DNA of 64,000 nt, from assembly GCF_009914755.1 (NCBI RefSeq), contig NC_060930.1; one strand, written 5' to 3'. The notes below the pieces were generated by a model, which ran no database searches, was not told the DNA's origin, and saw only the letters and a list, made by a program, of their open reading frames with translations. The stretch is from the human T2T-CHM13v2.0 reference genome, Homo sapiens. Position numbers and translations under genes: made by a program. This document shows positions 38,540 through 54,878 of this stretch, piece after piece. How positions within the stretch are numbered: the stretch's first letter is position 1; each line of letters opens with the position of its first letter.

Positions 38540-39220
38540 GACATGAAGTTAACCACTTCTCGAAGGCTCCTTTTGTTGAAGGAAGGTAGTTAGAAGTAAA
38601 GATCTGAGGAGTAGATTTGCTAGTTGGTGTTGCTGTCCACCATTTTGGTGGACAAAGCTAAATTTATTTTTATGTCTATCTATGTGTTTGTTGAAATGCA
38701 TGAGTTCATACTGATATACCCAATTCCAAGATGACATCCCAGGGTTCGTCCTAGTTTTCTCTCTTTCCAAATTTTTAACTCCTTTCAACTACAGTAATAA
38801 TCCTGACTACAATTATTCTTAATATATATACTTATTTGATCAATCCCCTCCATGTAACCAGTCTTCCATTGCCACTGCTGCCCCCTTCCCTGCATAGATA
38901 CCCTCTCCATCTTGCTCTGGGCTCTAACCCCACAGACCTTGCTATCTTTCTCTATATGAGCGCTTTCCTCATTACACTTGTGCCCCAATAGCTCACACTG
39001 GGCAGCCCTCCAATACAGACAGCTATCTCATTCTGCTCAGGTTTTGAGACCACTTTGAGAGCACTGATGCTTCCCTGCCTTGCTTGGCATCACCTAACGG
39101 TTTTGGGTCTGAATTGCCCGGAAAAGAAAGGGAACAGGAAGAGAAAGAGTAAACTTTGTATGTTAAAGATTCAAGTTAATGAAAAAGATCCTACCATTTG
39201 ACATTCCATGGCACCCTTTG
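38540..39220 (-). mobile_element. Old L1 (L1MC/ME) 3'-end fragment
   Basis: tcatactgatatacccaattccaa..attattcttaatatatatacttatttgatcaatcc motifs. Confidence 0.5.
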
Positions 39221-39404
39221 GGATGAGTTGCATGTCCTCTCTTACTAATATTGTACAGTTTAGGCATGTTTTCTTCTTTTCTCTTAAAACATTTTTCTCT
39301 CTTGGTTGCTAAGGCCACATCCTGTTGTGATTATTTTTATTTATTATTGTTTTTTTTTCTAATCCTCTTCATTGATTTCCTTTCATTTGGTTTTAAAACA
39401 TAGT

Positions 39405-40568
39405 TTTAAATTTTATTTTAGATTCAAGGGGTACATGTGCAGGTTTGTTACATGAGTAAATTGCATGATTGCTGAGATGAATGATCCCATCCACACAGGG
39501 AGTGAGCATAGTACCCAACAGGTAGTGATATGGTTTGCCTGTGTCCCCACCTGTATCTCATGTTGAATTGTAGCTCCCATAATTCTCACATGTTGTGGGA
39601 GGAACCCGATGGGAGATAATTGAATCATGGAGGTGGTTTCCTCCATACTGTTCTTGTGGTTGTGAATAAGTCTTGCGAGATCTGATGGTTTTATAAGGAG
39701 TTTCCCCTTTCACTTGGGTCTCATTTTATCTCTTGCCTGCTGCCATGTAAGATGTGCCTTTTGCCCTTCACCAAGATTGTGAGGCCTCCCCAGCCATGCA
39801 GAACTGTGAGTTAATTAAACCTCTTTTTCTCTACAAATTTCCCAATCTCAGGTATGTCTTTATCAGCAGCATGAAAGTGGACTAATACAGGTAGTTTTTC
39901 AGCCCTTTGCCTTACCTTCTCTCTCTTCTAGTCATCCCCAGTGTCTATTTTTGCCATCTTTTTGTCCATATGTACCCAATGTTTAGTTCTCAACTTATAA
40001 GTGAGAACATGTAGTATTTTGTTTTCTGTTTCTGTGTAATTTGCTCGGGATGATGGCTTCTAGCTGCAACATGTTGCTACAAAGGACATGATTTCATTCT
40101 TTTTATGGCTGCATAGTATTCCATTGTGTATATGTACTATGTTTTTTATCCATTCCACCATTGATGGGCACCTAGGTTGATTATATGTCTTTTCTCTTGT
40201 GAATAGTGCTGTGATGAACATACAAGTGCATGTATCTTTTTGTGTGTGTGTGTAGAACAATTTATTTCCCTTTGGGTATATACCCAGTAATGAGATTGCA
40301 AAGTGAAATGGTAGTTCTATTTTAAGTTCTTTGAGAAATCTCCAAACTGCTTTCCACAGCGGCTTAAGTAATTTACATTCACTGTTGTATGTATGCAATA
40401 GCGTATAAGGATTCCCTTTCCTCCACAGCATCTCTAGCATCTGTTATTTTCTGTCTTTTTGATAATAGCCATTCTGACTGGTGTGAGAAGGTATCTTGTT
40501 GTAGTTTTGATTTACATTTTTCTGTTGATTAGTGATGTTAAATATTTTTTCATATGTTTGATGGCAGC
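39405..40568 (-). mobile_element. L1PA15/16-like, 5'-truncated, interrupted by THE1
   Basis: ttttagattcaaggggtacatgtgcaggtttgttacat..; ORF2 peptide WKAVWRFLKELKIELPF. Confidence 0.88.
39526..39889 (+). mobile_element. THE1 (THE1C/D) MaLR solo LTR
   Basis: TGATATGGTTTG..GGACTAATACA; 364 bp. 5-bp TSD GGTAG at 39521-25 and 39890-94. Confidence 0.93.
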
Positions 40569-43500
40569 TTTTGGTTTCTTTTCTTGTGCTCCTCTATTAA
40601 ATAATAATGTTATTCAGAATTCTTTCTTCACATCTCTTCTCCATGGGAGAGCTGCTTAGTAGAATTCAGCAATGACCTACATACTATTGACTTTAAAATC
40701 TAATTGTTAGGCCAGACTTATATACCTCACAGCCTGAGACAAAGAGAAGGTCCTGCTTTAGCAGCATAGCCCCACAATAACATCCTGGACCCTTGAAGAC
40801 TAAATGAGCCCTTGGAAAATAAGCTACAAGTTAATCCGTGGTTCGATGATGTAACCCAAGTTATCATAAGCATACCTGTAGGTCCCAAGTCCAGGTATAC
40901 GATCAGAATACCACCAAGTTTTGGCAAGGGCTTAGTACATGGGCTTTGGTTCCAAAATTGGTGATTTGTATCCCATGAGATAGACAGTTATTACTATAGG
41001 TTATCTAGGTCTTTTTGGAATTGAGAGAGTGGGTAGTAATCAAAGTTGAAAAACGTATGGGACCAAGATCAAGAGAACTAAAGAAAAATCTAGCGGTTTG
41101 GAATAGATGGCTGTTAGGGAGAATGTCCAAGGAATACTAAACAGAACAGTGTTGGCATTCTGGAAGTTGGGCATGTATGTGTGCCATGGGTCAGAGAAAA
41201 TAATATTTTTACCCAGTCTGGCAGCTGGAGGTCAGAATGCACTTTGTGATCACACCCATTTCTCTTTATTAATGTCTGTTTCTCTTTATTAATTGGTAAA
41301 GTTCTATTTGTTTTTCTACAAAGAAAATAAGACTAAATTTATCCAAAATAACTTTTAGAAATATTTGGGCAAGGGATAAAACTGGTTTGAAAGTAAGGAA
41401 TTTTAGCAATATAACAAATTCATATGCTGATTTCAACACAAATAAGAACAGAAAATAGAAAACTGTTTGTATCATTCATAGTCCCTGATACTATTCTTAA
41501 TTAATCAATTTTAGATTACCTCTTTGCCCTCAGAGAAATAGCACACTATCTAGTTCTTTTTTGTTTGCTCACTTGCTTTAATAAAAGTCACTTTTGGAAC
41601 TACTGAGCAATTGCAGGGAAGTAATTCTTTTAACCATGACCAGGTAATTTAACTAATTTTAAAGCAATGGCATTAATGGGACTAAATGGCATATTTGAAA
41701 ATAGACTGATTGGATCAACCAAAGTAGAAACTTGCAGATTATTCTGGCCCTGTCCTCATTTCATCTCCCTTTGACACAATCTCATTGATGGAGGAGTAAG
41801 GACAGGCTGAAAGGCAGGATGTGGAGGAAGTAACAAAAAGAAAAACAAAGTTGAGCTCATATCCAGCCTGGGCTGCATCTCAGCACTGATCATATTTATC
41901 AGAGATCCCAAGTGTGATGGTGACAAATGCTTTTTTCCTGGCTTCTTGCCTTACACAGGATTAATAAATAATGAGCTCAATATTTTGGGAAAGAATTATT
42001 TCATTATTATATCTTCCCAAAACATTGACTTTGGCTCCTAGCCATTATTGATTTATATTTGAAACACACACTACAACCTATATCTATATCTATAAATTTC
42101 AGATTGAAGATAGCAGGACACAGCCCACATGCATAACGTATGTCTTTGTACATAAATATATTGTTGTAACACTAATGAATGATAATCACTTTCTAATGCC
42201 AGCTTAAAATTTTATTCTTCAAAACATTTATTTTGATTTTATTATTAGATTTGAAAAAGGTACCTTGAAGAATGATAATTGCAGATAATTCTGTAGGAAT
42301 TTAAATCTTCTGGCTTCTCATATCTAATCCCAGAAAACATCCTTGGTAGGGGGGGAGGAAGCAGGTGGAAGTAGGTGGAAGCTGAGAGCCGCTCTAAGCA
42401 CACATGATGCTGCCTGAGGCACTGAGCCTTCCTTGGAAGGGTAGATCACCTAGAGGAGCATTTGTTTGGTAGTCATTCTTTCAAATTGGCCCTTCTCAGG
42501 AAGCAACTGCCACCATTTAGAAACTCGTTATCTCTTTGCTGATTTATTATTTGGAATAAAATAATTGCAATTCTCTTCCCAATGAGCAGAAATGTTCTAT
42601 ATTATTTAGATGTCAAAGGAGCAGGTTTAAGCAAAAACACCGATGAATGCAACCGTGAGATGTCTGGTAAATACCACTGTGCATCATAAACATACAATTG
42701 ATGATAACTTTTATCCAAAAGTGGATTAATTTGATCCAAACCAGATGAATATGGAAAGCAGCTACTGTGTAAATAGTTCACTTGTTATATTTCCAGATAG
42801 AAAACAAACTAGCTATAAATCATTATTTGACTATTTAGAAGGCTTTCACAGTTTGGTCAGGATGACATTAATTTTTGGACTTTTTGGAATGTAATATTTT
42901 CCAGAGATAAACTCTAAAGGGATAGATGACTAAATAGACAAACAAAAATATTTTAAGTGATACAGCAGCAGATTTCTCCCTGTGTCTTTTCAGTCTTAGG
43001 CTGGGACTGGTTTTTCTTGGTAGTGCTATCAGGGTGCTATATTTAAATAGATATAAAGAAAGTTGTTTTTTGTAGACCTAGTATACCATGACACATCCAC
43101 AAAGAAAGAATAAAAGTCTTTGTGGTATTTGTTTCAGACCACCATGTCTTGGCTACTTATTTACTATCTACTTCAGCAAAAACAAACAGTGAAGTTTTCA
43201 GTGAAGAATGTTGTTAACATAACCATTCATCAACATGTAAATAAGCAACTTGTTCCAGCCAGTTTCTTTAGCCTGGCTTTAAGTCCTTCACTCTCTCATA
43301 CCTTCATACTTGGATGTTTAAGAGCAATGAAGAGGAAGATCAGAGGAAAGAAAGGAGTAGAGAAATTTTTTAGACAAAGTTTTAATCCCTTCCCCTCCAA
43401 AGAGAAACTTTTTTGTAATATTTATTCCTGATACAGTTCCTGATTCAGTTGTTCTGAGGATTAAATAAGTTTACATGTTTATAACCTGTTTTACAATATT

Positions 43501-43694
43501 AAACAATGATGTAAGTTATTATTAAGGTATTGAAAATCTTTATCAAACGGGTTAAAAACTGTTTTGGACCAAGGATTTTAAAAATAAGGTTACTGTTGAG
43601 AATTTTTTTTTCTTTTCTAGGACAAAACACTATTATACTTTTTAAATGTGTTTATGATTGGTTGTGCCTTGTTAGTCTGTCTAAAATGTACAAC

Positions 43695-43940
43695 TTGGTA
43701 GCTAAGAGTGGGCTTCTGAGGCCACTGTGCTGGAGTTTGAATTCTTGCTTTAGCACTTTTCTGTTATATAATCTTGGGCAACTTTTCAATGTCTTAGTTT
43801 CACTATTAGTGAAATGGTGATTGTAAAAGAGGTGAACTCATGGGGTTAGGTTGTTGTGATGATGAAATGAGATACTGTGTAGAACATGCTTGTAGCAGAG
43901 TTTGATGGGTACTAAGTGCTCAGTATATGCCAGATATTAC
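43695..43940 (+). mobile_element. MIR
   Basis: ggtagctaagagtgggctt..tttgaattcttgct..cttgggcaact..gttgttgtgatgatgaaatgagata..taagtgctcagta. Confidence 0.7.
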
Positions 43941-45931
43941 TTTAAATAGAATAATCCTATTCTCTTTTTTTGTTTTTTCAATCAACTTAAGAATATGACT
44001 TGACAGCTTTAAATTCTTGGTAAACTTATTTTTACACTTCTTTATGGAAGAAATATTTTACCATATTTTGAACTAACAAAAGGCACATGAGGTAAAAAAG
44101 TAAGATGGCAGTTGACAATTCTTCACTTAACTAAATGAATATTTTTAAATCAAAGATTGATTTTCCAAAATGACTAAATCTGTTCTTTCAAACTATTGGT
44201 GAACATAGTAAAATTGAAGATCATTCTGACAGGAAAAACTTATGATGTCTTGGTCACTGTCCTCTTAGTTGAAATGAATAGAAATACACATATAAACAGT
44301 GCAACTTTTCAAAGGGACTTTTGTGAATGAGTACTGGGCATTTCACAGAATCTAAGATCAGCAAGGCCACAAAAGTACTATTCCAGGAGCAGGTAGTAGT
44401 CTCAGTCTCTTGTTTCTACTTTTCTACTGCCTTGGGTTAAATATAGTCCACCCTGCTTGGGTAGGACATGGGGTTATGAAGGGTGATATGGCTTGCCGAG
44501 GGACCACTGCTAATGTGTGGGGCAGATCTTACTGATAGAAATCGACTATGTTCTGAGCAATACCCAGAAGATCTCTACCACAGTAGATTTTTGTAAAATA
44601 AATTTAAACTATAGGGCCCAAACAGAAAATCTTGCAATGTCTCCTACCTTTAAAAGAAAAGCAAATTTTAATTTTATCTTTTAATTGACAAAAATTATAC
44701 ATGTTTATCATGTACAACATGATGTTTTGAAATACGTAGACATTATGTAATTGTTCAAAGGAGCTAATTACCATATTCATTACTACACATTTTTGATAAA
44801 CAACAACAAATACCCAGAAGAATGATGATAATACTGTGTTAAAATCTGCTACATATATTGTTTCAAAATGGTATGGGCTTGTTTACTCCCTGCAAATTAA
44901 TGAGATTCAATGTGTTTTTGATGTCTATTTTGAATGGAACATTCAGTACTGTTTAATATTCATTTTTATGGCCAAATCATGTATAAAACTTACTTGAATT
45001 TCAACACTGGGCAAGAAAATAGTGGCAAAATTCCTATAGATTTATAAGCCCTCTGTATTTCAAGTTGATCATTTGGTCTTACAAGTAGAATTTGTGATCA
45101 CAGAGTAGCTATAATAACTCACTCATGTGAATTACTGGTTGGCTACATTTTTAGTCTGCCCCCAAATTGTTTTTGGAAGCTTCTTAATCTCTTCTGGCTT
45201 GACAGGAGTTGGCAGAAAAGGCAGCAGGGCGCTATAGTGAATTTGCCTTTTGATTTAGGGCCAGAGCTCCTGCTTCTGTCCTCAATTAGGTTCATTGACC
45301 ATGTTCTCTCCCCATCGCTCCACTCTTTCCTACACTTTAGGATTTTAAGTTTCGGTTGGATGCAAACAACATAGATTTGGGAATTGGGTAGGAAACTCAG
45401 TATCTGGGAGGATGAGTGAGAAGAGGAAAACTAAGGAAAAGATCTTTTAAGCTCAGAATTTACATTTTCATTATCTTGATTAACATCTTAGCACTCTTAG
45501 TTCACAAGCCAAAATATGTATATGTGTATACTTTGTAATGGTATTTGCATGTGTGTACTGAACATATGGCATATGGAATTTTACTTTCAGCGTTTTTAGT
45601 AATACTTATAGGTTGCAAAGAAATAACAATATACAATGTCTCTGGTTAAAATTAACAGCATTTATTAGAATATGTAGTTGTCTGGCAAGTATGACATTAA
45701 ATAAATTCGCAGACAGAACCTCTACAATGGTTTATTTTGCATATTGATTTAACTGATGGTCGATGCCAAGTAGCACAAATAATTGATGATGATAGTGATG
45801 ATGATAAAATCAGCACCAGGGCTTACTTCATGAAGAATCTTTTACCTGCCATTTTTAGAGAGTGGTGATCATTTAGAAATACCTAGGCAGCCTTGGAAGA
45901 ATCTTTCACTGGATAATTATTCTGACACTTC

Positions 45932-46238
<307 letters not shown>

Positions 46239-46996
46239 TGACACTTCTTTTTATAATAGTGTTTACTTTTGAAAGAACAAGAGATTCCATAGTTTATCCT
46301 AGGCTGCTGTTATCATCATGGATACTACACATAACCGTTCAGAACTTTATAGGTTTGGTTACTTTAATCAAGTGTCTGACTCTTACTAGACAAATTCTGA
46401 GACTCTGGATGACTGCATCTTTTCATTTATGAAGTGAGCCTATGAAATGAGATGACCTATAATCTTCAAAGATTTATTTTCAGATTTAAGAGCATCAAAA
46501 GAGCTGTGAATAGTAACTAAGCCTGCCTGCAAAGATCTATGGACAGAGGCAGTAACTTTTGATTTTGTAAGTCAATAATTCTGAATGTCTGGAATTTCAC
46601 TGGGAAGAGCTGAGAGTATAGCAGTTTGCTGCAAAGAATCATAGTGTTGGAAGTAACACAACAACCAAAGCAAAACAAGGGCTCTCAAGAAAGGGTTATA
46701 CTTTTCCCATATTTGCTTACGTTTTTATTACCTTAAAGATTTGCTGTAGTTAAGATGGGCCAAACTATGGGTCTTTTTATTCTTGCATTAGCCTTTCTTG
46801 AATGTTGGATTTATGCTTGAACTTTGGTTATACTTATCAAGGACAATATGGGGGTTTTCTTAGAATGATTCTATAATATAATAAAAATGTTATAATCTCA
46901 GCCATTTTAGCACAAAATTTTTTTTCCCCACAAGTTATAAGTTGCTCTAATCAGGCCTATACCTCTGGCACATAGTAAGTACTTTTAAAAGAGTTT

Positions 46997-47079
46997 GATC
47001 TTGAACTCCTGGCCTCAAGTGATCCTCCCTCCTCAGCCTCTCAAGTTGCTGGGATTACAGAAGCAAACCACTTCCTGGC
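46997..47079 (-). mobile_element. Alu left-arm fragment
   Basis: tcttgaactcctggcctcaagtgatcctccc..gctgggattacag. Confidence 0.8.
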
Positions 47080-48165
47080 AAAATGTTTGTGGCTAAGTCC
47101 TCAAAAGCAATTGCAACAAAAACAAAAATCCACAAGTGGGACCTAATTAAACTAAAGAGCTTCTGCACAGCAACAAAAACTATCAAAGGACTAAACAGAG
47201 AATCTACAGAATGGGAGAAAATATTCACAAACTATGCATTTGACGAACGTCTAACGTCCAGCATCTAAAAGGAACTTAGATCAACAAGCAAAAAGCATTA
47301 AAAAGTGGACAAAAGATGTGAACAGACACTTCTGAAAGGAAGACATGCTAGTGGCCCACAAACATATGAAAAAATGCTCATCCTCTCTAATCATTAGAGA
47401 AATACAACTGCAAATCAAAACCACAATAAGATAACATTTCACACAAGTTGGAATGGCTTTTGTTAAAAAGTCAAAAAAACAACAGATGTTGGTGAGGCTG
47501 CAGAGAAAACGGGACACTTATACATTGTTGGTGAGAATGTAAATTAGTTCAGCCACTGTAGAGACCAGTTTGGAGATTTCTCAAATAGCTCAGTTGAACT
47601 ACCATTTAACCCAATAATCCCATTACTGAGGGTATACTCAAAGGAAAATAAATTATTCTACCAAAAAGACACATGCACCCATATTCTCACCACAGCTTTA
47701 TTTATATTAGGAAAGACATGGAATCAATCCAGGTGCACATAAATGGTGGATTGGTGCCAAATAATGTCCAAAAAATGTGGCATATATACACCAGGGAATA
47801 CTATGCAGCCATAAAAGGACAAAATCATGTCTTTGCAGCAACATGGATACAGCTGGAGGCCATTATCCTTAGCGAACTAACACAGAAATAGAAAACAAAA
47901 TACTGCATGTTCTCACTTATAAGAAAGAGCTAACCATTAGATGTACATGGACATAAAGATAGCAGCAGTATACATTGGGGACTACTAGTTGGGGAAGAGA
48001 GAAAGGGGAGCAAGGGCTGGAAAACTACCTATAGGGTATTATGCTCACTGGGTGACAGGTTCAACCATACTTCAAACCTCAGCATCAGGTAATCAATATG
48101 CCTTTGTAACAAACCTGCACATGTACCCCTGATTCTAGAATAAAGATTGAAAAAGGAAAAAAATA
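47080..48165 (+). mobile_element. L1PA16/L1PB-like 3' fragment
   Basis: [23 protein letters not shown] peptide. 3'UTR with aaacctgcacatgtaccc..aataaag and an A-rich tail. Confidence 0.87.
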
Positions 48166-48507
48166 GTTTACTGAATAAAATATTCAGAAGTTTATTCTGA
48201 ATAAACTTCTTCTTTTCAGAAAGAAGTGTCACAGTGTTTGAGTAGAGAACAATTCAAAAAGAACTAAAGTCTGAGTATGAATTTATTCTTACAACTAGTA
48301 CCCACATGAACAATTGTGTTTCTTGGTAATAATTTTAGTTAAAAATAATAAGTATGTCCCAAATTAACCTTATTTTAAAGCAATACTGATTATCTTTGTT
48401 ATAACTCCTTTCCCCTGTTTCCTACATTTTATGATTCCATTGTCTCTTCTTCATGTTCCTTTTCCCCTTGCTTTCCCTTCCTATCTTCCTCCTCTTCCTT
48501 TCTATTA

Positions 48508-48922
<415 letters not shown>

Positions 48923-49901
48923 TTACTTTTTGCAAGTAAATGCATTTATGATACTTCCTAAATCTTAAAAAATCTGTTTTTTTCCATTTTTAATTTAATT
49001 TCCTCTTTGAATCATTTAAAAGTTTTCCACAGATACAAATATCTTGTTAGAATAGACATAACTAATCAGTATATGTTTTATGGGGAAATATTATTTGAAT
49101 TTATACATTTATGATTACTATTTAGAAAGAGATCATGAAGAGCATTCTAAACTTTGGAAAGGTATTAATTTTGGATCACAATAAGCCTCAAGTATAAAGT
49201 TTCCAAGCTGCTTTATAAAAAGAAAAATAGCAAGTACTTTCCTTGGCACCAGCTCACTACTTTTCTAATAAATCAATTCTAAGTGAGTAAATCTATCATT
49301 GGTTGGAAAGAGAGGTTAGCATGTTACTTTCTATAGTCCTTTTCAGTAAGCAGGTGCATGGAAACACAGAGAAAGGGCTAGATAGAAGTAGGAGACACGA
49401 AAAAATGGTTCTGCCAAGATGAGAGAAGAAATACAAGTGTGTCCTAGGGTGCATTTAAGACTTATGTTTAACCAGGTCCCTCTTTTCACAGCAGTGTCAC
49501 ACTTATGCAACCCACTGTGTCCCCAGGAGATCAATGACTGCCTGCATCCCATTTGATGAACAGGAAGACGAGAGCCAAATTCTAGGAGAGAACATCAGAG
49601 GGATAATGCATTGTCATGGAGTTAATGTTAGAGATAGTTGACCCTATGTATTATTATCCATAAAACATTTCAAATGTGTCCCAAATGGAATTTCTCTTTT
49701 GAGAGATGAAATCTAGTACCCATGACTCCAATTATAGAAAATCGTATGGAGCTACATCCCATAACTCTTTTTTCCCCATACCTGTTACCCATTGAGGTTG
49801 TATGGGAAATATCATTTGCTCTCTTAGCAGAAATTTAATTAACAGTCCGCCTTTTTAAAACACTCTTCCCTTGGCTTCCGTAAAATTATTTTCTTTCATT
49901 T

Positions 49902-50229
<328 letters not shown>

Positions 50230-51169
50230 TTCCTTCATTTTTTATCTTACTATTCCTTGAATTTAACCCATAAATTCATAATTTAGCTTACATGAATTTT
50301 TAGTTTGTATGAATCAGTGGTCTTTCACTAAGATACATTTCTCTTTATCTGATAGTTGATGAACTTTATGTTAAGATACATTTCTCCCTATTTTATATTT
50401 AAGAAATTTTGCTTATATTGAATTAACTCAAGGATATAGAAGATAATGGCTGAAGTAACTGGTGGGATGGGGTGGTGCAGAAGTAGTTCAAGCTGATGCT
50501 GTTTTGGATTAGGCTGGTGAAAAATTAACTTTCAATATTTCGATGAATAAAAATTAGTTTTATTTGAAATCTCTAAAATGTTTCTTGATATACTTCTTAC
50601 TCCTTTTGGAAGAAAACATTTTGAAGATAAAACATTTAGGCAGAAAACACTACGTTTTTATATGCTGACGGAATACTACAACAGTAAAACGCAATTATAT
50701 CAAAGGATCATAATCTGAATACCAGATACAGCATTTATCTGTTTGAAGTAGATAAATATGAGCTCAAGAGCAATATTTCTGCATGATTTTGCCTGTAAGT
50801 GATTAAATTGGAGTACTCTCTAATGTCTGAAATATGATTATTTTCTAGGCCTTTATTTATGCCCAAAGAAGGGCCACATTGCTGTTCCATTTCTGGATGA
50901 TTTACTCAAATCCTCTGAAATCTTTCCGGACATCTTTCTGCTCCATAATCAAAACTGTTGTCCCTTACACAAAATTAAAGCTTTAAAGAATAGATAGTAA
51001 ATGATAAAGAAAATGGAGATACTCAGCTTGTAGAAGAAACACATATTTGAATGGTTGTAATTTGGAAGAGGAAGTTATAATCCAGGTAACATTAATTATG
51101 TGATTATTGCCCAATTTAAGTGCAAATCAATATTTTGATGCAGACATAATTGATTATATTCTCAGATCA

Positions 51170-51320
51170 TTTCTATTTTCCAGATGGAGAAATTGAGGCA
51201 TAAAGAAGTTTGGTAATTTTCCTGCAGACACACAGATACTAAATGGTGGGGCCAGGATTTGCACCTGGATATTTTGACCCCAAAGGACAAATATTTAACC
51301 ACTGTAGCTTGCTACCTCCT
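51170..51320 (-). mobile_element. MIR
   Basis: ttttccagatggagaaattgaggcataaagaagtt..ggccaggatttgcacctgga. Confidence 0.7.
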
Positions 51321-53297
51321 TTGCTTTGTGTACTTCTGGCCAACACAAGAAATACTGACCAATAAAAACCAAAGCAAGGCAGATGCAGGCTGAATATAAA
51401 TAGAATTTTCTTTTTTTCTCTCTTTTATTAATGCATACTGTTTTACTTATTAATGCAGTACATGGCAATGTTTGTTACATGCACAAATGTGTAATGGTCA
51501 AGTCAGTATATTTGGGGTATCCACCACCTTGAGTGTTTATAATGTCTACATGTTGGTATCATTTCAAGTTCTCTCTTCTAGTTACTTTAAAATATACCAA
51601 GTACTGCTGCTAAATATAGGCGTCCCATTCTGCTGTACAACATGAGAGCTTATTCTACCTAACTGCATGTTTGTACCCATTAACCAACTTCTCTTCATTC
51701 CCATTGTCACTCATCCACCCTTCCCAGTCTCTGGTATCTATCACTCTATTCTCTATGTCCATGGGGTCAAGCTTTTTGCTCCCACATACGGATGAGAACA
51801 TGCAGTATTTGTCTTTCTGTGCCTGGCATATTTCCCTCAACATTACAAACCTCAGTTCTATCCATCTTGCTGAACATGACATGATTTCATTATTTTTATG
51901 GCCAAATAGTATTCCATTGTTTATGTATACCACATTTTCTTCCTTCATTGATTCATTCATTCATTGATGAACACTTAGGTTCATTGCATATCTTTGCTGT
52001 CATGAATAGTGCTACGGTAAACATGCAAGTGCATGTATCCTCTTTATATACTGATTTCTTTTCCTTTGGATTAATACTTGTAATGGGATTGTTGGACTTT
52101 ATGGTAGCTTTATGTTTAGTTTTTTTAAAAAAATCTCCATACTGTTTTCCATAGTGACTGTACAAATTTACATTCCCACCAACAGTGAATGAGTTCCCAT
52201 TTATCCACATACTTGTCAGTGCCTGTTATCTTTTGTCTTTATTTTAATAATAGTCATTCTAACTGGGGTAAGATGATAGTCTCATTGTGGTTTTGATTTG
52301 CATTACCTTGATGATTAGTGACATTGAACATTCTTTTCATATACCTATTGGCCATTTCTTTGTCTTCTTTTGAAAGTGAAAAATTCATGTTCCTTGCTCA
52401 CTTTTTATGGGAGTATTTGATTTTTTTACTGTTGAGTTGTTTGAGTTCCTTGTATATTCTGTATATTAGTCTCTTGTTAGGTAAGTAGATTGCAAATATT
52501 TTCTCCAACTTAAGAGGTTGTCTGTTTATTGTTTCTCTTGCTGTGCAGATTTTTAGTTTAACATAGTCACATTTGTCTGTTTTTCTTTTTGTTGCCTGTG
52601 CTTTTGAGGTCTTAGCCATAAAATATTTGCCTAGACAAATGTCCTGAAGAGTTTTCCCTATTTTTACTTCTAGTGAAGTTTTGGCTTTTACATTTAAGTC
52701 TTTAATCTACCTTGAGTTTACTTTTGTATAAGGTGAGAGATAAAGATGTAGTATCATTCTGCTGCATGTGGTTATCCAGTTTTTCCAGCATCATTTATTG
52801 CAGAGGTTTTCCTTTCTCCAATGTATGTTTTTAGCAGCTTTGTCAAATATTGTTTGACTATAAATATGTAGCTTTATTTCTGGGTTCTCTGTTCTGTTCC
52901 ATTGGTCTATGTATCTATTTTTATACCTATACCAATCTATTTTGATATTACTATATCCTTATAATATGTTTTGAAGTCAGGTGATGTGATGCCTCTAGCT
53001 TTATTCTTTTGCTCAAGATTACTTTGGCTATTCTGGCTCTTTTTTGGTTCCATACAAATTTTAGGATTGCTTTTTCCATTTCTGTGAAAAATAGCATTGG
53101 TATTTTGACAGGGATTGCATTGAATCTATAGATCTTGGGAGCAGTATGGTCATTTTAAAGATATTAATTTTTCTGATCTATGGCCATGGGATGCCTTTGC
53201 TTTTGTTTTTGTCTTCTTCAATTTCTTTAATCAATGTTTTGAAGATGCCTAGTAGGCATCTTACACTTTCTTAGTTAAACTTATTCCTAGGAATTCA

Positions 53298-53388
53298 TAT
53301 ATATATATATATATATGTGTATATATATATATATATATAAATGTATATATATATATATATAAATGTATATATATATATATATATATAT
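53298..53388. repeat. (TA)n microsatellite within L1
   Basis: Directly visible. Confidence 0.96.
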
Positions 53389-54555
53389 CTTTTGTAGCTA
53401 TTGTCAATGGGATCACCTTCGTGATTTCTTTATCATCGTTTTGTTATTTCTGCGTACTACTGATTATTGTATGTTGATTTTTTTATCCACCAACTTTACT
53501 GAATGTGTTTTTCAGTTCTAAGAGTTTTCTGACAGAGTCTTCTATTTTTTTCCTAAATATAAGAACATGCCATTAGCAGAGGGACAATTGGACTTCCACT
53601 TTTCCAGTTTGTATGTCCTGTATTTATTATCTTGCTTAATTGCTGTAGCTGGGACTTCTAGTACTATGTTGAACAGGACTGATTAAAGTGGGCATCCTTG
53701 TCTTGTTCCAATTCTTAGCGAAAAGGCTTTCAACTTTTTCCCATTCAGTATGATGTTATCTGTGGGTTTTTGATATATGGCCTTTATTATTCACTTCCTT
53801 TTTTATCATGAAAGGATGTTGAGTTTTATCAAATGCTTTTCTGTACCTATTGAGATGATCATATGGTTTTTGTGTTCCCTTTTGTCAATGTGAAGTATGA
53901 AGTTTATTGATTTGCATATGTCGAACTATTCTTGCACCCCTGGGATAAATCCGACTTAATTATGGTATATTATCTTTCTGATATGCTGTTAGATTTTGTC
54001 TGCTGTACTTTGTTGAGGACTTTTCCATCTACGTCTCAGGGATATTGGCCTGTAGTTTTCTTTTTTGGTTGTGCTCTTGTTGAGTTTTGGTCTCATAGTG
54101 ATGCTGGCTTCATAGAATGCATTCAGGAGAATTCCCTCCTCTTCAATTTTTTGGACTAGTTTGAGGAGGATTGTTATTAGTTCTTCTTTACATATTTGGT
54201 AGAATTCAACAGTGAATTGATTAAATCCTGGGCTTTTTTTATTGTTGTTATTGGGATACTTTTTATTGATCTGTTCACGTTTTCTATTCTTTCAGTCTTC
54301 ATAGGTTGTATTTGTCCATATATATGGTCTTCATAGGTTGTATATATCCAGGAATTATCCATTTCCTCTAGGTTTTCTAGTTTGTTAGTGTATGCTTGTT
54401 CATAATAGTCCCCATTATCTTTTGTATTTCTGTAATATCAGTTATAATATTTCCCTTTTCATGTATGCTTTTGCATATTTTGTCTTTCTTCTTTTCTTGG
54501 TTAGTCTTGCTAGCAGTTTATCAATTTTGTTTATCTTTTGGAGAACTGACTTTTC

Positions 54556-54878
<323 letters not shown>

